Shown here piece by piece: positions 61,146 through 64,000 of a stretch of DNA of 64,000 nucleotides. This stretch comes from Eledone cirrhosa (Eukaryota): contig OZ024740.1 in assembly GCA_964016885.1 (NCBI GenBank), forward strand, positions 329,530,001-329,594,000, read 5' to 3'. Under the pieces are notes generated by a model. It saw nothing but the letters and a program-made list of their open reading frames with translations. It searched no databases and had not been told where the DNA came from. Numbering within the stretch: position 1 is the first letter of the stretch; each line of letters begins with the position of its first letter. The position numbers and the translations under genes were made by a program.

Positions 61146-64000
61146 TAAAATAACAGATTAAAGTTTAAGCAAAGAATCGCTGCTTTCACCCTTAACGGGA
61201 TCTTCTGAAACTAACAAAGTCGATCTGTAAACGCAGAAGTGGATATTTCAAAAAACGTTGCAACCGGAGGAAGACAGGAAGACGATACTTTGGTTCGTGG
61301 AAACGTTCGCTGGCAAAGAACGGGAAAAAACGAATATAATACGTCATTAATAGGAGCGGTAAAAAACAATTACGCGCAAAGACAGAATCACGTTTATGGT
61401 ATAAAAGAAGTCGTAGCCTATTGTTCTCTTAGGTGGTTCATAGAGACGTTCTCTGGCAATGAACAGAAAAAAACGAAGTTAATACGTCATATGTGGAGCG
61501 TGAAGAACAATTGCACGCAAAGACAAAACCACGTAAATGGTAGAGTTAAGAATAAAATAAATAAATACAATAGCAAAGAGGTAATAGAAATTAAATAAAT
61601 ACATACACGCATGCAAATAAGTACATACTCAAGCATACGCGAAAACGTTTGCCATAGGTATACAAAACCACGCACATATAAAAATATGTGTGTGTGTGTG
61701 CGTGTATACAAATAAATAAATAATTAAATAGACGTATATAAATAAATACGTATATAACAAGCGCACACAAATACCTACATATAAATACACAAATTTTCGG
61801 AGACGTGAGTCAACCAAAACATGAAGTACACATATACACACACCCTACATACGTACGAACCTGCATACTCACACAGACGCAAAACTCCCGTATACACATA
61901 GCCAAACCATATGTACCAGAATATATACAAAATAATACGCCATAACATATACAATCAAATATACGTACGAGAAAGTATACGTACCTTCACAATACATACA
62001 TGTAATATATACTTACCTATGCAAATAAGTAATGATATAAACAAAACATATACTTAGCTACCACATCAAGACGTAACATATCCACGTATAGATCGTGCTA
62101 TCCGTTAGGGTATAACGTGGGGCTGTAATACAGGAAAGTTTTGTGCAATTTATGTTTACAAGTCGAAATTGCCTCACAATTTTTGTTTAAGATGTGGTCT
62201 GTGGCGCAGAGTATTTCCAGGGCCTCAGCGGCGCAGATATCACATGGTCTTTTATTTCCGTTATACGATCTAGCCCTAGCTAGGATCTCACAGTTTAACT
62301 TATATTGGGTGTGGTTGTCTTTTAGACTCCAGATATAAGCTGAAAGTGACGTCATATTCCTTCTTAGAGGGTAACGAAAAGAATGGGTATGCATATAAAG
62401 ACGCTGCTTGAATCTATTGGCAGTTAACCCTATGTAGGCCCTACGGGACGTGGGTGTTTCAACCTTACATTTGTAGACAATGTTACTAGAGAGGCATTTA
62501 CCGGATAGGGGGCAATCAACCCGATTCCTACAATTATAGTTAGTACTAACTACAGGGTTGCACGTGTTCCTACGGCTAATTAGTTTAGCTACATTTGAAG
62601 CTGTGATGTTATTTGCAAGGTTAGGAGTCGTAGAGTAAGACATTGTAATAGTATTTCTATTAAAAAGTTTACTATATTTATGTGTAGGTGGAAAATGCTT
62701 CGTAATAAGGGAAAGAAAGATCTTAGCTAATGGTGTGGCCACCTCCATATTATATGGTGGGTTATACCAACAAATGCGACGGGATCTATTTCTTCTAAAT
62801 CTATTTTCGTACTCTGAATATGCTACCTTATCGACAAATCCACTACGAGCAAGAGCTTCATTGTAATAGGTGGAATGGTCGTTGAAAATAAGCTCGTTAG
62901 TAGATAGAGGGGAAGGCCTCAACGAAACGTTTCTTACCAGGTTCTTAGTTATGCTGGCAGGATGGTTGGAATGCTTACTTATGTAACTAAGCGTATTATT
63001 CGGCTTTCTATACGGGTAATACAACCCATTCGATAATTTGAGGGTAACGTCGAGGTAATTAACGACCGAGAGATTGGCCTCAACCTGTATAGAGAGGTTG
63101 AAACCTTTAAAGAAGGCTGTGAGATCTTTTCTGAACCTGTCGCAAGCACGAGGTCCGCACTTAGTCATGGTCAAAAGACCATCATGACGGTACAAACCAC
63201 CGCCCGCGTTGGGGAATTAGTCCTTGATATAGAAAAGAAGGAAAAGGCCGATAAGATCAGTAACCTCCGCAGAATCGCTGGCGCCCGTACTCACGTCGAA
63301 TGGGGTAATATTGAATTTTTAATCCAAATAGAGTCGTCGAAATTAATCACCGATTTACGGGCATTGAGGATGACATCAACTTCGAAATCCTTAACCACTG
63401 TGAGTGTTTTAGCGAAATTGATAGCTCTAAGGAGAAGTGGTAAAGTGATGGAGGAGTAGTAATTGTTGATGTCGAATTGGATAAAACGGCAATGTTCCTT
63501 GTTGCATATGCCGTTGAACCAATCATTCACCGCGAAAGAAGTGTTCCACAGTGCAAGAGGGGCCAAACTTCTAATTTCTGGTATAATTCTATCAAGAATC
63601 CTTTTACTAAGTCTACCTAAATCGGACTTCGTAGGATTAACAAGCCGAATAGAAGGGTTGTTCGGAAAATTGGATTTCTGATCCTTCAGGGTAAAGTGGG
63701 GAGAAATAGGGTCCAGAGGTTCGGTCCGGTCCAGGATGTTGAGATCAGAGGTGATTTTAAACCCAGGATCGTTGATTTCATTGATGACGCACCGATTAGT
63801 TTTACGGTAATCCTTAGTTACAGCACTATGTAGTAGCTGATGGCAATTACTGCGCTCCACTTGATATAGATTGCCAGTTTTGTCGGAAGGAGGAGCACGG
63901 CATTAGAATCCTTAATAGAACGAATTCTATTCTTCAGGTCCTGCTGGAAGGAATTGCTCATATTCCGAAATTTGATACTCCCTATGAGTTCCAAGACATC
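61141..64000 (-). mobile_element. PLE-3 copy c (least degraded; runs off the window), pLTR ending in (TA)n
   Basis: RT/GIY-YIG in ORFs 63291-63860 and 62098-63195 (frameshifts between them; YRHD at the YRDD position); 3'UTR and pLTR 61141-62097. Confidence 0.92.
61162..61212 (-). ncRNA. Type I hammerhead ribozyme variant with CAGAAGA core
   Basis: AGTTT-CAGAAGA-T-CCC-GTTAA-GGG-T-GAAA-GCA-gcgattctt-TGC-TT-AAACT. Confidence 0.7.

Overview
AT-rich eukaryotic (animal) genomic DNA with dense (TA)n/(CA)n/(AAT)n microsatellites. The repeat and SINE content suggests a cephalopod such as Octopus (inference). I could not support any host protein-coding gene; the window is almost entirely transposable elements. 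It contains: (i) two head-to-tail L1/Tx1-clade LINEs on the minus strand. The first is intact. The second has a ~99% identical ORF2 but a different, truncated ORF1 fused in-frame at the ORF2 start codon. (ii) Four R4/Dong-type RT+RLE retrotransposon copies from two families, three of them chained at (AAT)n. (iii) At least five families of Penelope-like elements (RT + GIY-YIG), mostly with inverted 5' segments. (iv) A Vingi-type LINE relic with a twin-priming-style inversion, a DD37D (maT) Tc1/mariner relic and tRNA-derived SINEs. The most notable non-coding signal is about 14 type I hammerhead ribozyme (HHR) motifs from roughly 8 sequence families. These include a 471-bp, hairpin-rich, ORF-less tandem repeat with one minimal HHR per unit (non-LTR retrozyme/circRNA candidate, 40961-42166), a multi-copy HHR with a fixed non-canonical CAGAAGA core, and several fold-back palindromes whose breakpoints fall inside HHR motifs. 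All ribozyme calls are by-eye base pairing and are not tested for activity.
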